Part shown: one piece after another, positions 37,938 through 48,074 of the stretch | How positions within the stretch are numbered: the stretch's first letter is position 1 | How the letters are laid out: the number at the start of each line of letters is the position of its first letter | Translations under genes and position numbers: made by a program | From: an uncultured Candidatus Saccharibacteria bacterium | Lineage (GTDB): Bacteria > Patescibacteriota > Minisyncoccia > Minisyncoccales > JANBVM01 | Reading direction: 5' to 3' | NCBI GenBank assembly: GCA_964514375.1 | Contig: CAZEQH010000002.1 | Span: 3,742 to 67,741 of the forward strand | Length of the DNA: 64,000 nt | Notes under the pieces: generated by a model | Told to the model about the DNA's origin: nothing | Databases searched by the model: none | Seen by the model: the letters and a program-made list of their open reading frames with translations, nothing else

Positions 37938-38939
37938 TTATTTGGGGCTTTTTAGCTTTTTATTTTCCTTTATTTCTAATAGTTTGCCTACCCTCTCTGA
38001 GAACAGGCTGAGCCTCTTCTCGGAATTATCATAAGCGGAAACGGCATTATTCAGATGACTGCCCAGTTTTTGGAAGTTAACACTTAATTTTTCGGCGTCC
38101 TGGCTTATTCCACTCAATTTTTTCAATATCTCCTGGGTTCGTTTAGAGATCTGCGTATCCTGAAACCAGTGGGCGATGGTTCTTAGGGTAAGATAAATGG
38201 TATTGGGTGAAGTGAGTACTACCTTGTTGTTCCAGGCATAACTGGCTATATCCTTTTCCCTCATTCCGAATACGACTTCATAATAGATGGCTTCCGCAGG
38301 AATATACATTAAGGCAAACTCAATGGTCCCTTCAGAGGGCTTGATGTATTTGGAGCTTATCTCGTCTATTCTATTTTTTAAATCCCTCAAAAAGTCATCG
38401 CGGAAACGTTTCTTTTCTTCCGCAGAATCTGCATTTATCATTCGCTCAAAGTTTTCCGAAGAGAACTTTGAATCGATAGGCAGAATCTTTTCGTTGGGGA
38501 GCTTAAGAACGGCGTCTACTTTTTCCCCTGAAGAAAACGAATACTGTCTTTTCCACAGCTCCTGAGGAAAGTGCTGCGAGAGAATATATTCTAATGAGGC
38601 TTCTCCCCACTGCCCTCTTAATTTCGGCGATTTGAATATCCTTTGGAAAGACGAGACATCTTTCACTTTTTCCTGAATCTGTTTTAGGTTTTCTCTCATC
38701 TCGGTGGTTTCCTTGGTAAAGGACCTCATTTGTTCATTAAGCACCTTAGAGGTGCCGTTCTGATTATCTCTTATCTCTTTCATTTGCTCTCTCATCAGGT
38801 CGGTCAGGCGTCTTTCTAAATCCTTAATAGATTCATTCTGCATCAGGTCGGTCTTTGATTTGCTATAAATATAAAAAATAATAAGGGCTGCTACTGCACC
38901 CACTAAAAAGGCGATTATGATGTACAGCGTTTCAAGCAC
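37938..38939 (-). CDS. rmuC: DNA recombination protein RmuC
   Basis: N-terminal TM, long coiled coil, C-terminal LMYIPAEAIYYE RmuC motif. Confidence 0.7.
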   Translation of the reverse strand: MLETLYIIIAFLVGAVAALIIFYIYSKSKTDLMQNESIKDLERRLTDLMREQMKEIRDNQNGTSKVLNEQMRSFTKETTEMRENLKQIQEKVKDVSSFQRIFKSPKLRGQWGEASLEYILSQHFPQELWKRQYSFSSGEKVDAVLKLPNEKILPIDSKFSSENFERMINADSAEEKKRFRDDFLRDLKNRIDEISSKYIKPSEGTIEFALMYIPAEAIYYEVVFGMREKDIASYAWNNKVVLTSPNTIYLTLRTIAHWFQDTQISKRTQEILKKLSGISQDAEKLSVNFQKLGSHLNNAVSAYDNSEKRLSLFSERVGKLLEIKENKKLKSPK

Positions 38940-38990
38940 GGATTTATTTTAGCCGATTACATCCTTAAAGTCAATTAATAGAATGGATGT

Positions 38991-39947
38991 TTAAATCGTC
39001 TCTACTACCAAGAAAACAATATAAACAAATATAAGGAAGGCCGCTTCCTTTTTAGTGATTTTTCTATCGGTGGCAGAGAAAATCACGAAAAATAGGCAGG
39101 TGGCTACCGTAAATATGTATCCTTTAAAGTAAACAAAGAATTGGGAAACGTCAAAGGGAGAGATAAGAGCGGCCAACCCCAATACCCAGGCAGAATTTAC
39201 TACCACAGACCCCATAACGTCTCCCAGTATCATGCTTTCATGCCCCATAGTAATGGACCTGATACCGAAAGTCAGTTCCGGCAGAGACGTACCCAAAGCC
39301 ACTAATACGGCCCCCATAATAATAAGGGAAAAATTGAAATAAGCTGCTAGCTGGGCGGAAGAATACACTATTCCTTCTGCGCTTACTAGCAGGCAGGCTA
39401 TTCCTAGAAAAAATATCCCCAGATTCTTCAGAAAAAGCTTAAAATGCATCCAGTCCCTCTGGAAATGCCCGCTTAGAACCTTGGTAAATTTTTCTTCCCC
39501 TGACAGCAATTGACCAAAATAAAAGACCAAGGCCAGCATAAGAATAATTCCATCTCCCCGGGAAACATATCCGTCCGACATCAGCAGAATAGGCAGGAGA
39601 CCGTATATTCCGGCATAACTACTGGCTCTCTGCAGTGTAGCACTTTCAAACTTCAGGCTTCCTTTTTTTGAAAGGAATGTGGCAATGCCCACTACCAAGG
39701 TAAGTACTACTATATTGGAACCCATAACCACTCCGAAGGAAAGCTGGGGCTTCCCCTGCAAGGAAGAAGTGATGCTGACAAAGGTTTCAGGCAGGGAAGT
39801 TGAAAAGGCCATCAAAACAGAGGACACTATAAACCTTCTCCATTTTAAAAACTGGGCTATTCTTACCAAGGATCTGACGACCCAAACTCCGGAACGCACC
39901 AGAAGAAAAGAAGAAGCAATAAATATGAGAACGTTAATCCAAACCAT
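38991..39947 (-). CDS. Ca2+/cation antiporter (CaCA / YrbG-type Na+/Ca2+ exchanger family)
   Basis: Two alpha repeats with GTSLPE (FSTSLPETF and LGTSLPELTF); about 10 TM. Confidence 0.8.
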   Translation of the reverse strand: MVWINVLIFIASSFLLVRSGVWVVRSLVRIAQFLKWRRFIVSSVLMAFSTSLPETFVSITSSLQGKPQLSFGVVMGSNIVVLTLVVGIATFLSKKGSLKFESATLQRASSYAGIYGLLPILLMSDGYVSRGDGIILMLALVFYFGQLLSGEEKFTKVLSGHFQRDWMHFKLFLKNLGIFFLGIACLLVSAEGIVYSSAQLAAYFNFSLIIMGAVLVALGTSLPELTFGIRSITMGHESMILGDVMGSVVVNSAWVLGLAALISPFDVSQFFVYFKGYIFTVATCLFFVIFSATDRKITKKEAAFLIFVYIVFLVVETI

Positions 39948-41102
39948 TTATTTTAAGAATGATATTATTTGCAGGGTGAAACCGATGACGAAGACAGAAA
40001 TCAAAAGAAAGGACAGAATTTGGGCGGGCACATCATTTTTCTTTTTGGCCATACTGCGATACATCAGCAGAATCAATATGCCGTCTACACCCAGCATTGC
40101 TCCTCCTCCCAGACTGATTACTGTGATGAAACTCTTTAGTCCTAACAGGAAAATGAAGATGGGAGGCAGGCAAGTAAGCGCCCAGGCCTTGTTTTTACTT
40201 ATATTTAAATCATACCAAAAAACTCTTTTTAATGTCAGCCCCAAGGTAATGAAGGAAGTGAAAGTGGTAAGAATTCCCAGTAATAATACCAGAGTGAACA
40301 TGCCTTCTCCTAAAAAACTTTTAAGACCGGTTAGGGCAGATTCTGTGGTAGCGGGTCCTGTCATGCCGAGTATCAAGTATACGAAGAAAGCGTATATTAA
40401 TATGGGTATCAGGGTAGCTATGGGTATCACCTTCTTTAAAAGATTTTTATCTTTGCCGAGCATTTCCTCTACTTCTGGTATCAAAGCAGCCCCCCAGAGA
40501 GAAAAGAGAACGGCTCCGTAAGGAAGGAAAAAATTATACGCGTTCAATGGCTCTGCGGGAAAAATCAGGTATTCCGTCTTGATTATCGGATAAACCTGCA
40601 TGAAAATCATAATCATGACCGCAAAGAAAAAGATTAAAGACCAGGTTTCCACCTGGGCTATTATTTTAATGCCGAAGAAAATCATAAGGGCACCGGCGGC
40701 AAAATAAAGGAAAGCATAGAAATCATTATTCTGTATCTTCAGCAAAGGATAAAGCACGCTTTTAAGGAAATCCCCTCCCACTATGATATAAGCCAGAATG
40801 GCCCCGTACGTTCCCAGTAAAGAAGAAACCAGGGAAGCTTTCTCTCCCCACTTGCCGAGATGGACTCTGGCAAAACCGGGCAGTCTTTTGAAATCGGGAG
40901 TAGCCACCGCCAGCCGTCCGAAGATAATATGTATTATTCCCACCAGAATTCCTAAAACCGCAAAATAGGCCAGCATAATCGGAAAGCCAACCCTGGAAGC
41001 CAGGTAGGGTAAAGAAAAAATACCAACCCCTATGGTGGTTCCCGAAATGGTGGCTATGGAATAGATGAATTTTTTTGCTTTAGACAAATTCTTTTTTGGC
41101 AA
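39948..41102 (-). CDS. amino-acid transporter, HAAAP (Trp/Tyr permease-like) family
   Basis: About 11 TM; N-terminal SGTTIGVGIFSLPY resembles the IGAGMLALP motif of aromatic amino-acid permeases. Confidence 0.5.
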   Translation of the reverse strand: MPKKNLSKAKKFIYSIATISGTTIGVGIFSLPYLASRVGFPIMLAYFAVLGILVGIIHIIFGRLAVATPDFKRLPGFARVHLGKWGEKASLVSSLLGTYGAILAYIIVGGDFLKSVLYPLLKIQNNDFYAFLYFAAGALMIFFGIKIIAQVETWSLIFFFAVMIMIFMQVYPIIKTEYLIFPAEPLNAYNFFLPYGAVLFSLWGAALIPEVEEMLGKDKNLLKKVIPIATLIPILIYAFFVYLILGMTGPATTESALTGLKSFLGEGMFTLVLLLGILTTFTSFITLGLTLKRVFWYDLNISKNKAWALTCLPPIFIFLLGLKSFITVISLGGGAMLGVDGILILLMYRSMAKKKNDVPAQILSFLLISVFVIGFTLQIISFLK

Positions 41103-43713
41103 TGAAATGCCATTTTGTTATTTCAATAAGTATTACCTCTACGACGCCCAGTCCTAATATCAGCCCCCAATCCTTTAATGTCAGAGGCACAGTTTTTAAA
41201 AGCGTTTGCAGGATCGGCACGTATATAGCCAACCCCAGGGTTAGCATTCCCATCATTAATGCTATTATCAGAAATCTGTTGGAAAAAGGATTAATATGCC
41301 AGAGATTCTGTCGCAGGCTTTTGCAGGAGAAGGCATAGAATAGAGAATCCACGGACAGGGCGGCGAAAATCATGGTCCTGATGTGTGCGATATTCCGGTC
41401 ATTATGCAGCAGCCAGAAAAATATGCCCAGTAATATGAAATCCGTCAGTATTCCAATAATAAAGATTATTACTTTCATTTCACGGCTTAAAAGAGGGACT
41501 TTATGGCCGGTCGGCTTGCAGGACATAAGGTCTTTTTCTTTCGGTTCAAAGGCGAGGGCAATACCGGGAAGGCCGTCTTCAATCATATTTACCCAAAGAA
41601 TCTGTACTGCCAAAATGGGGAGAGGTACTCCTGCCAGTATGCTGAAACCCACCAGTATGACTTCTGTGAAGCTGTCCGAAAGCAGGTAGGTAATAACCTT
41701 CCTGATATTATCCAGTATGGCCCTTCCTTCCTCTACAGCTTTGATGATTATGGAAAAACTGTCGTTTAAAAGGATGAGGTCAGAAGTTTCTTTGGCCACT
41801 TCCGTGCCGGACCCCAGCGCTACTCCGATATCAGCTTTTTTAAGGGCCGGGGCATCATTGATGCCGTCTCCGGTCATAGCCACCACTTCTCCCCTGTCCT
41901 GCCAGGCCTGTATAATCCTGGTTTTATGCTTGGGCTCTACTCTGGCATAAATCTGTACCTTTTCTAGAATCTGATCGAAATCACGGGCAGACATTGTTTC
42001 CAATTTTCTCCCTTCCAGAATATTCTCCTCCTGCACATCGAATCCCAACTCTTTTCCCACTGCTCTGGCCGTCAGTTTATGATCTCCGGTGGCTATAATA
42101 GGCCTCATGCCAGCCTTTTTACATACCTCAATAGCTTCCTTTACCTCTTCCCTGACAGGGTCATTGATGGTTATAAATCCTGCAAAAATCAAATCCTGGA
42201 TTTCCGATTGAAGACCTTCCTCGGCAGAAGAAATCTTAACTTTTTTGAAAGCCGAAGCCACTACCCTCAATCCTTGATCGGTTAAACCTTCCAGTTTTTC
42301 TTCTATCTTACGGAGAATACTTTCTGAAATCTTTATTTTCCTTTTTCCTCTTTTAATATAAGCGCACTTGTTTATAATTCTCTCGGGAGCTCCGCAGAGA
42401 TAAAAAATATAATTAGTTTTTTCTTTAACCACTGCTCCCACAAATTTATTGACGGTGGTGAACGGCAGCTCCACCACCTTTTCCGCTTTATTATAAAGCT
42501 CATACATGCCCCTTCTTAGTCCTTCTTCCAGCAGGGCTTTGTCTGTAGATCTGCCCCTCACTACCCAATCACCCTCTTTATTCTTTTGATTTTCCACGAA
42601 AGCTTCAGAGGTTAAAACAGACACCTTCAAGGTAAAATCATCATATTTTTTCATGGGTTTTCCGCTCATTTCTTCCGAAGAAATTATTTCGCTTACCTTC
42701 ATCCGGCCCTCGGTAAGGGTACCTGTTTTATCCGTACATATTACAGAAGTACTGCCCAGGGTTTCTGCTGACGATAGTTTCCTTACCAATCCCCCCTCTT
42801 TTAGGATTCTCTGCATTCCCAGGGCCAGTATGACCGTCATGGCTACCGACAATCCTTCCGGTATGGCTGCTACCGCCACCGCTACAGCCGTAATAAACAT
42901 TTCTTTAAAATCGCCTCCAGTAGCCACCCCTTCCAGGAAAACAATAAAAGATATGACGGCAACAACGACACCTATAAGAGAAGAAAGATTGGAAAGTTTT
43001 TTCTGATAAGGCGTCTTTTCTTCCTTGGATTCCTTTATCATCTTGGATATTTTGCCTATTTCGGTATTTTCTCCGGTAGCAGTTACTATTATTCTTCCCT
43101 TTCCGTCTTCCACAACGGTTCCCATATAGACCATGTCATCTCTGTCCGCCAGCGGAGTGGCAGGAGTCAGCAGTTCAATTTTCTTATTTGAAGGCAGCCA
43201 TTCTCCCGTTAACGCCATTTCATTAATTTTCAGGCTGCTGTTCTCAAAAATCCTGCCGTCTGCAGGCACTTTATCTCCGGGATTTAACACTGCAACGTCT
43301 CCAGGCACTAATTCTTCAGAAGCCACTATTTTCAGATTGCCGTCCCTCATCACTTCTGCTTCGTATCTCACTGTTTCTCTGAGGCGCTTTAAGGTTTCGG
43401 ATGCCTTGTTTTCCTGAACAAAACCAACCAATGCATTCAAAAGAACCGCTCCAAAAACCACTATGGAGTCTGTAAATTCTTTCAAGATTAAGGACAAGAT
43501 ACCTGCTATTAAAAGGATATAAATAAGAGGACTCTTAAACTGTTCCAGAAAAATGGTAAAACTGGATAATGGCTGTCCTGCGGCCAGTTCATTTCTGCCG
43601 AAGCTTATAAGGCGCTTTTGTGCCTCTTTCTGGCTTAACCCCTTGGTCTTATCGACCTTACAAGCCTTTTCCACTTCTTTAACTTTTAAACTGTGCCAGA
43701 TAAATTTAGACAT
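41080..43713 (-). CDS. P-type Ca2+-transporting ATPase (P2A-like)
   Basis: ICTDKTGTLT phosphorylation motif, PEGL in TM4, TGDHKLTA, MTGDGINDAPALKKADIGVALG; 877 aa. Confidence 0.9.
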   Translation of the reverse strand: MSKFIWHSLKVKEVEKACKVDKTKGLSQKEAQKRLISFGRNELAAGQPLSSFTIFLEQFKSPLIYILLIAGILSLILKEFTDSIVVFGAVLLNALVGFVQENKASETLKRLRETVRYEAEVMRDGNLKIVASEELVPGDVAVLNPGDKVPADGRIFENSSLKINEMALTGEWLPSNKKIELLTPATPLADRDDMVYMGTVVEDGKGRIIVTATGENTEIGKISKMIKESKEEKTPYQKKLSNLSSLIGVVVAVISFIVFLEGVATGGDFKEMFITAVAVAVAAIPEGLSVAMTVILALGMQRILKEGGLVRKLSSAETLGSTSVICTDKTGTLTEGRMKVSEIISSEEMSGKPMKKYDDFTLKVSVLTSEAFVENQKNKEGDWVVRGRSTDKALLEEGLRRGMYELYNKAEKVVELPFTTVNKFVGAVVKEKTNYIFYLCGAPERIINKCAYIKRGKRKIKISESILRKIEEKLEGLTDQGLRVVASAFKKVKISSAEEGLQSEIQDLIFAGFITINDPVREEVKEAIEVCKKAGMRPIIATGDHKLTARAVGKELGFDVQEENILEGRKLETMSARDFDQILEKVQIYARVEPKHKTRIIQAWQDRGEVVAMTGDGINDAPALKKADIGVALGSGTEVAKETSDLILLNDSFSIIIKAVEEGRAILDNIRKVITYLLSDSFTEVILVGFSILAGVPLPILAVQILWVNMIEDGLPGIALAFEPKEKDLMSCKPTGHKVPLLSREMKVIIFIIGILTDFILLGIFFWLLHNDRNIAHIRTMIFAALSVDSLFYAFSCKSLRQNLWHINPFSNRFLIIALMMGMLTLGLAIYVPILQTLLKTVPLTLKDWGLILGLGVVEVILIEITKWHFIAKKEFV

Positions 43714-43870
43714 GTTTATACTTATATTTTAGCGGAAAAACCCTTTTCTTTAAATGGGTACAAGTCCCTACCTATACATGAAACTGCCTAAGCTTCTCCT
43801 CTGTCAAAACAAAAACCTAATTTCATATTTTAAAACAATAAGAAAGCTAAAAATCATACTGATTACTGAA

Positions 43871-43896
43871 AATCACTCCCTGCAGGAGTGATTTTT
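43871..43896. terminator. hairpin/terminator flanking the tRNA-Glu 3' end
   Basis: AATCACTCC-ctgca-GGAGTGATT perfect 9-bp stem followed by TTTTT, 4 nt beyond the tRNA 3' end. Confidence 0.5.
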
Positions 43897-43899
43897 CTG

Positions 43900-43972
43900 T
43901 GGCCCCACCGGGAATCGAACCCGGGTTTTGAGGTTGAGAACCTCATGTCCTAGGCCACTAGACGATGGGGCC
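43900..43972 (-). tRNA. tRNA-Glu (anticodon CTC)
   Basis: Reverse complement GGCCCCATCGTCTAGTGGCCTAGGACATGAGGTTCTCAACCTCAAAACCCGGGTTCGATTCCCGGTGGGGCCA. All four stems pair; the anticodon loop is TTCTCAA; the T-loop is TTCGATT. Confidence 0.8.
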
Positions 43973-44005
43973 CGATATAGTAATTTACCACAAAAGGTGC
44001 TTTTT

Positions 44006-44575
44006 TCAAGAATAAGACTGCAAAGATTGAGATATTTGCAAAGGATTGATACCCACTATTAAGACCGCAGACACAGCAGCCAGCACGGCATAGAGGCTTT
44101 TTTTATCGGGTGCGGAATTTATCCAAAAGGGTATCACATTACCCTTATAATGAATCTTGAAATTAGTCTTTCCGTTCTGATTCAAGTCGCTGGCCCTTAG
44201 ATTGGCGCCTTCCTGGAAACCGAAAGTTAAAGTATCGGCTCCCGATAAGTCAAATATCTTTTTTAAAGCTTCCTGGTCGTAACAGAAAACCAGTTTCACG
44301 TTTTGAGGGAGAGCTTTAATGAAGTCTAGAACTTTTGACACGTCCTCGTCTCTTACGCTACTGATGATCAGCAGACTACCTTGATTCTCCTTAAAAAGGC
44401 TTTCCTTTGAAGGCATTCTGTCATAATTTGCTTCAAAAACAGAAACCCCCTCTTTTCTACCGTTTTTTTTAAGAAGGTAAGAGAATACTTTTGAAGCCAG
44501 TTCTCTTTTTTCTCCCGTAATTATGACGACAGTATGTTTGTTCCTCCGGCTGTATATTTCTGACGTATTATCCAT
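44006..44575 (-). CDS. Mur-ligase central-domain remnant (MurF-like); likely a non-functional relic
   Basis: Aligns to the Mur ligase ATPase domain from the P-loop position to its end (NSAPDKKSLYAVLAAVSAVLIVGINPLQI, cf. HNIANALAAAA.S..GV). The P-loop ITGTNGKTT is replaced by ITGEKRELAS and the C-terminal domain is missing. Sits at the murE/murF position of the dcw cluster. Confidence 0.45.
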   Translation of the reverse strand: MDNTSEIYSRRNKHTVVIITGEKRELASKVFSYLLKKNGRKEGVSVFEANYDRMPSKESLFKENQGSLLIISSVRDEDVSKVLDFIKALPQNVKLVFCYDQEALKKIFDLSGADTLTFGFQEGANLRASDLNQNGKTNFKIHYKGNVIPFWINSAPDKKSLYAVLAAVSAVLIVGINPLQISQSLQSYS

Positions 44576-44581
44576 TTGATT

Positions 44582-46225
44582 TTATTCCTGATAGTCAGGA
44601 GGTATTTCGTAAAGATGAATGATAAAGTCCGCCAGTTCTTTGAAAATCGGAATCGCCGAGTATTCGGCCGTATTGGTATTGGGATTATTCAGTTTGACCA
44701 TAATCAGGAATTTAGGATTAAAAGCCGGAGCAAAACCTACGAAGCTTTGGACAGTTTTTTCAGAATATCCTTTCTTGTCAATCCCTAAAGCTCCAAAGGA
44801 AACCTGGGCAGTACCTGTTTTGCCGGCTACAAAGTATCCGGGTATGCCGGCCGCCTTGGCATATCCGTTTTCTACAACGCTGATGAGCATAGCCGTCAGC
44901 TGGGACGCAGTTTTAGAGGAAATAATATGTTCTTCCGGCTTAATGGAATTGTTGTCTACTGCCTTTCCTCCGGATACCACTTTTTGTACGAGGTGAGGAA
45001 TAATAAGTTTCCCCCCGTTGGCGATGGCAGAATAAGCCCTTATCAGTTGAACAGGAGTCATTTCAATTCCCTGGCCGAAGGAGGCTGTAGCAAAATTTAT
45101 TTCCCTTCCCTTCTCCAGTTCCTTGTTAAGAGAATAGGTTTCCTGCATGTCTATTCCGCTGGGCTCCATAAAACCGAATTTCTCAATATATTTAAGAAAA
45201 GAAGTGGGCCCCAGTTTCCTTTCTACGAATACGGCTCCCGTGTTTATTGATTTTTCCAGTACGTTAGTCATGGTCAGGGGTCCCCCGTAAGTCCTCTGTC
45301 CGTAGTTGTAGACGGTAAATCCTGAAATGGTTACAGAACCCTCATCCGTATAAGTGGTGTCGGGAGATATCCTGTTTTCTTCCAGGGCAGCTGCCATAGT
45401 TATAGGTTTGAATACAGACCCCGGTTCAAACAAACCCTGGGTGGAGGGATTTTGAAATATCTCCATATTCCCCTCTTCTGCGTATTTTTCGTAGTTATTG
45501 GGATTAAAATTTTCGAGATTGGCCATAGCCAGAATCTCTCCGGAAACTGGATCTGCGACAATTATCTGGCCGCCTTCTATTTCCAGGTCAATTTTTGCTT
45601 TCTTTAAAAGCTGTTCCGCCTTGAACTGTACTTCATAATCCAATGTTAATACCAAATCACTTCCCTTGGTCTGCTCCATTAATCCGGGTTCCCCCTCCAG
45701 TAAGGGGTCATAAAACTCCTCCAGTCCGTATTGACCTTTCTGTTCCGCTCCAAGAAAGCCCACTACCTGAGACGCCAGCTCTTCTTGCGGATAATATCGA
45801 CCCCTTTCTTCAGCCAGATAGATGCCTTCAATGTCATCAAGCTCCTTAATTTTCGCCACCTCTTCCTCCGTAAGTTTCCTTTTTAGGACGGTATAGAAAT
45901 TATTTTGGCTCATCCTTTCCAGAAGAAATTCTTTATCTAACTGTAAAATCGGGGCCAGTTTATCAGCAGTTCCTTCCAAATCAGTAATCTCTTTGGGCTG
46001 AGCGAATACCAAAAACCAGTTTATGTTGATAGCCAGGGATTTGCCGTCCCTGAGGAATATTTCTCCTCTCTCTGGTCCTTCTTCTGCAAAATTTATATGC
46101 AGTCCTTGGGAAAGGGCCCTATAGAAGTCCCCGTGACGTATTTGAATAAAAACCAAGCGACCGATAACAGCCGCTGAAATAAGAATAAAAAGAATAAAAA
46201 TTAAATTAATTCGCCAGTTTCTCAT
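44582..46225 (-). CDS. ftsI: peptidoglycan D,D-transpeptidase FtsI / PBP2-like
   Basis: N-terminal TM, PBP dimerisation domain, transpeptidase motifs (SVFKPIT = SxxK, SIN = SxN, KTGTA). Confidence 0.85.
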   Translation of the reverse strand: MRNWRINLIFILFILISAAVIGRLVFIQIRHGDFYRALSQGLHINFAEEGPERGEIFLRDGKSLAININWFLVFAQPKEITDLEGTADKLAPILQLDKEFLLERMSQNNFYTVLKRKLTEEEVAKIKELDDIEGIYLAEERGRYYPQEELASQVVGFLGAEQKGQYGLEEFYDPLLEGEPGLMEQTKGSDLVLTLDYEVQFKAEQLLKKAKIDLEIEGGQIIVADPVSGEILAMANLENFNPNNYEKYAEEGNMEIFQNPSTQGLFEPGSVFKPITMAAALEENRISPDTTYTDEGSVTISGFTVYNYGQRTYGGPLTMTNVLEKSINTGAVFVERKLGPTSFLKYIEKFGFMEPSGIDMQETYSLNKELEKGREINFATASFGQGIEMTPVQLIRAYSAIANGGKLIIPHLVQKVVSGGKAVDNNSIKPEEHIISSKTASQLTAMLISVVENGYAKAAGIPGYFVAGKTGTAQVSFGALGIDKKGYSEKTVQSFVGFAPAFNPKFLIMVKLNNPNTNTAEYSAIPIFKELADFIIHLYEIPPDYQE

Positions 46226-46315
46226 TACACTTTTCTTTATCAGAATCTCATTGCTTTTCTTTAATGGATTTTACCATATTTTAGACCGGGGGTTTATCTT
46301 TGCCTTCGGATAGTT

Positions 46316-46612
46316 TTACTTGCTGGCCACGGATCCTGCCAATATCTGTATGTACTTTATCTGGTTTGATTTTACGAATTCTCCGCTGGCCAGGTATTTA
46401 TCCACCTGGGAGAGAGAGTCCATTTTGGAGAGATTAATGTCCAGCAGGTCCTTTTTTTCTGCCAGACTGGAAAGTTTTTTTTCGCATTCGGTGAGCAGAT
46501 ATTCCTGTTGGGCTAAATTCCCAATCTGGAAGATATAAAAAGCTGCCAGTAAGAAAAATAAAATAACAGTGGGTATCCAGACCAGACTTACGGTTAAAGA
46601 TTTGGTTCTCAT
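46316..46612 (-). CDS. ftsL: cell-division protein FtsL-like
   Basis: 98 aa with a single TM and a coiled coil; lies between rsmH and ftsI. Confidence 0.55.
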   Translation of the reverse strand: MRTKSLTVSLVWIPTVILFFLLAAFYIFQIGNLAQQEYLLTECEKKLSSLAEKKDLLDINLSKMDSLSQVDKYLASGEFVKSNQIKYIQILAGSVASK

Positions 46613-47484
46613 AATTTTATTGCCGCCCTCAGCTTGGCGCTTCGGGAACGGGGATTATTAATAATTTCCTCCCTAGATGGGACCATTGGTTTCTTAATTA
46701 AAAGTTTTATATTACCCTCCTGTGACTGTTTTTTGAAATAGTTTTTTACAATCTTGTCTTCTAAGGAATGAAAGGAAATAATTACCATCTTTCCTCCCTT
46801 TTCCAGGATATCCTGGGCTTGAGGAAGAGCTTTTTCCAATGATTCCAATTCTTCGTTCACAGTTATTCTTAAGGCCTGGAAGGTCTTGGTGGCAAAGTGT
46901 CTTTTCCGATAGCGATACCAGGGGGGTACTGCCCTTCTAATGATTTCCACCAATTGTAAAGTAGTCGTTATGCCGGTGCGTTTTCTTTCTTCAACTATCC
47001 TGCGGGCTATTCTTTTGGCAAACCTTTCCTGACCGTAATCTCTGAGTACCTTGGCAATCTCTGCAGCTGGACTTTTGTTTACTATGGCTGAGGCGGTCCT
47101 GTCAGTGAATTCTTCGCTGTACCGCATGTCCAAAGGTTCTTCTTTCTGGAAAGAGAACCCTCTTCCGCTTTCCTTCAAATGCCAGCTGCAGAGGCCTAGG
47201 TCGAATAAGATGCCTTGTGCTGGTGCGAAATTCCTCCCTCTTACTATCTTTTTCAGATTAACGTAAGAGTCATTCACCAGTACCAGTCTTTCCTTATTCA
47301 GTTTTTTTAACCTCCTATATATTTCAGGGGTCAACTCGATTCCCAATACCTTTCCTTGAGGCTTGTTCTTCTCAAGGATGGAGAAGCTGTGTCCCGCCTC
47401 TCCAATTGTAGCGTCGACAAAATTTTGATTGGATTCAGGATTTAAAAATTCTATGACCTCTTTTTTAAAAACGCTCGTGTGCAT
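46609..47484 (-). CDS. rsmH: 16S rRNA (cytosine1402-N4)-methyltransferase RsmH (MraW)
   Basis: DATIGEAGHS, ILFDLGLCSWH, SFHSLEDKIVK motifs. Confidence 0.9.
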   Translation of the reverse strand: MHTSVFKKEVIEFLNPESNQNFVDATIGEAGHSFSILEKNKPQGKVLGIELTPEIYRRLKKLNKERLVLVNDSYVNLKKIVRGRNFAPAQGILFDLGLCSWHLKESGRGFSFQKEEPLDMRYSEEFTDRTASAIVNKSPAAEIAKVLRDYGQERFAKRIARRIVEERKRTGITTTLQLVEIIRRAVPPWYRYRKRHFATKTFQALRITVNEELESLEKALPQAQDILEKGGKMVIISFHSLEDKIVKNYFKKQSQEGNIKLLIKKPMVPSREEIINNPRSRSAKLRAAIKL

Positions 47485-47915
47485 TAGATTCCCAGCTCTT
47501 CCAGTTTGCCGGGCATGTCTTCTATTTCCTTTTCTTTATTCTGCCTGTACTGTTTCCACTTGGTTTCATCCCATACTTCAATCTTATTGGAGAGGCCTAT
47601 TACCACCACGTTTTTTTTCAAAGAAGCGTATTCTTTTAAATAATCAGGTATTAAAATTCTTCCCAGTTTATCCAAGGTGACGTCTACTGCCCCCGAAAGA
47701 ATCAATCTGACGAAGCCTCTGGCGTCTATCTTGGTGCTGGGAAGGTTTTCCAGTTTTTTGGCTAGTGTTTTCCATTCCCCCATTGGATAAAGGGTCAGAC
47801 AACTGTCTATACCGCGGGTTACTACTGCCTTTTTACCTAAATCCCCTCTGAACTTAGAAGGTATGGCTAATCTTTTTTTGCTGTCTATAGTATGTGAGTA
47901 TTCTCCTATGAACAT
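47484..47915 (-). CDS. mraZ: transcriptional regulator MraZ
   Basis: MFIGEYSHTIDSKKRLAIPSKFR, with a duplicated SpoVT/AbrB-like DxxxR motif. Confidence 0.9.
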   Translation of the reverse strand: MFIGEYSHTIDSKKRLAIPSKFRGDLGKKAVVTRGIDSCLTLYPMGEWKTLAKKLENLPSTKIDARGFVRLILSGAVDVTLDKLGRILIPDYLKEYASLKKNVVVIGLSNKIEVWDETKWKQYRQNKEKEIEDMPGKLEELGI

Positions 47916-47921
47916 GCTGGG

Positions 47922-48074
47922 TTATCCACAGTTGGAGAGGGTTATTAACATAGTTATCCACTATCCCCCACCTCTAATCACATTATCTCCACTTTTGAGG
48001 TTATAGTCAACCGGTTATACCACTTATCAGGAAAATAAATATAAAATAAGGTACTTGTCCACAGGAAATCCACA
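47922..48074 (+). promoter_or_regulatory. cluster of six DnaA-box-like 9-mers upstream of mraZ (same orientation)
   Basis: TTATCCACA (47922-47930, perfect), TTATCCACT (47954), TTATCTCCA (47983), TTATACCAC (48015), TTGTCCACA (48055), AAATCCACA (48066). An AT-rich stretch aaaataaatataaaataa lies at 48033-48050. Confidence 0.5.
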
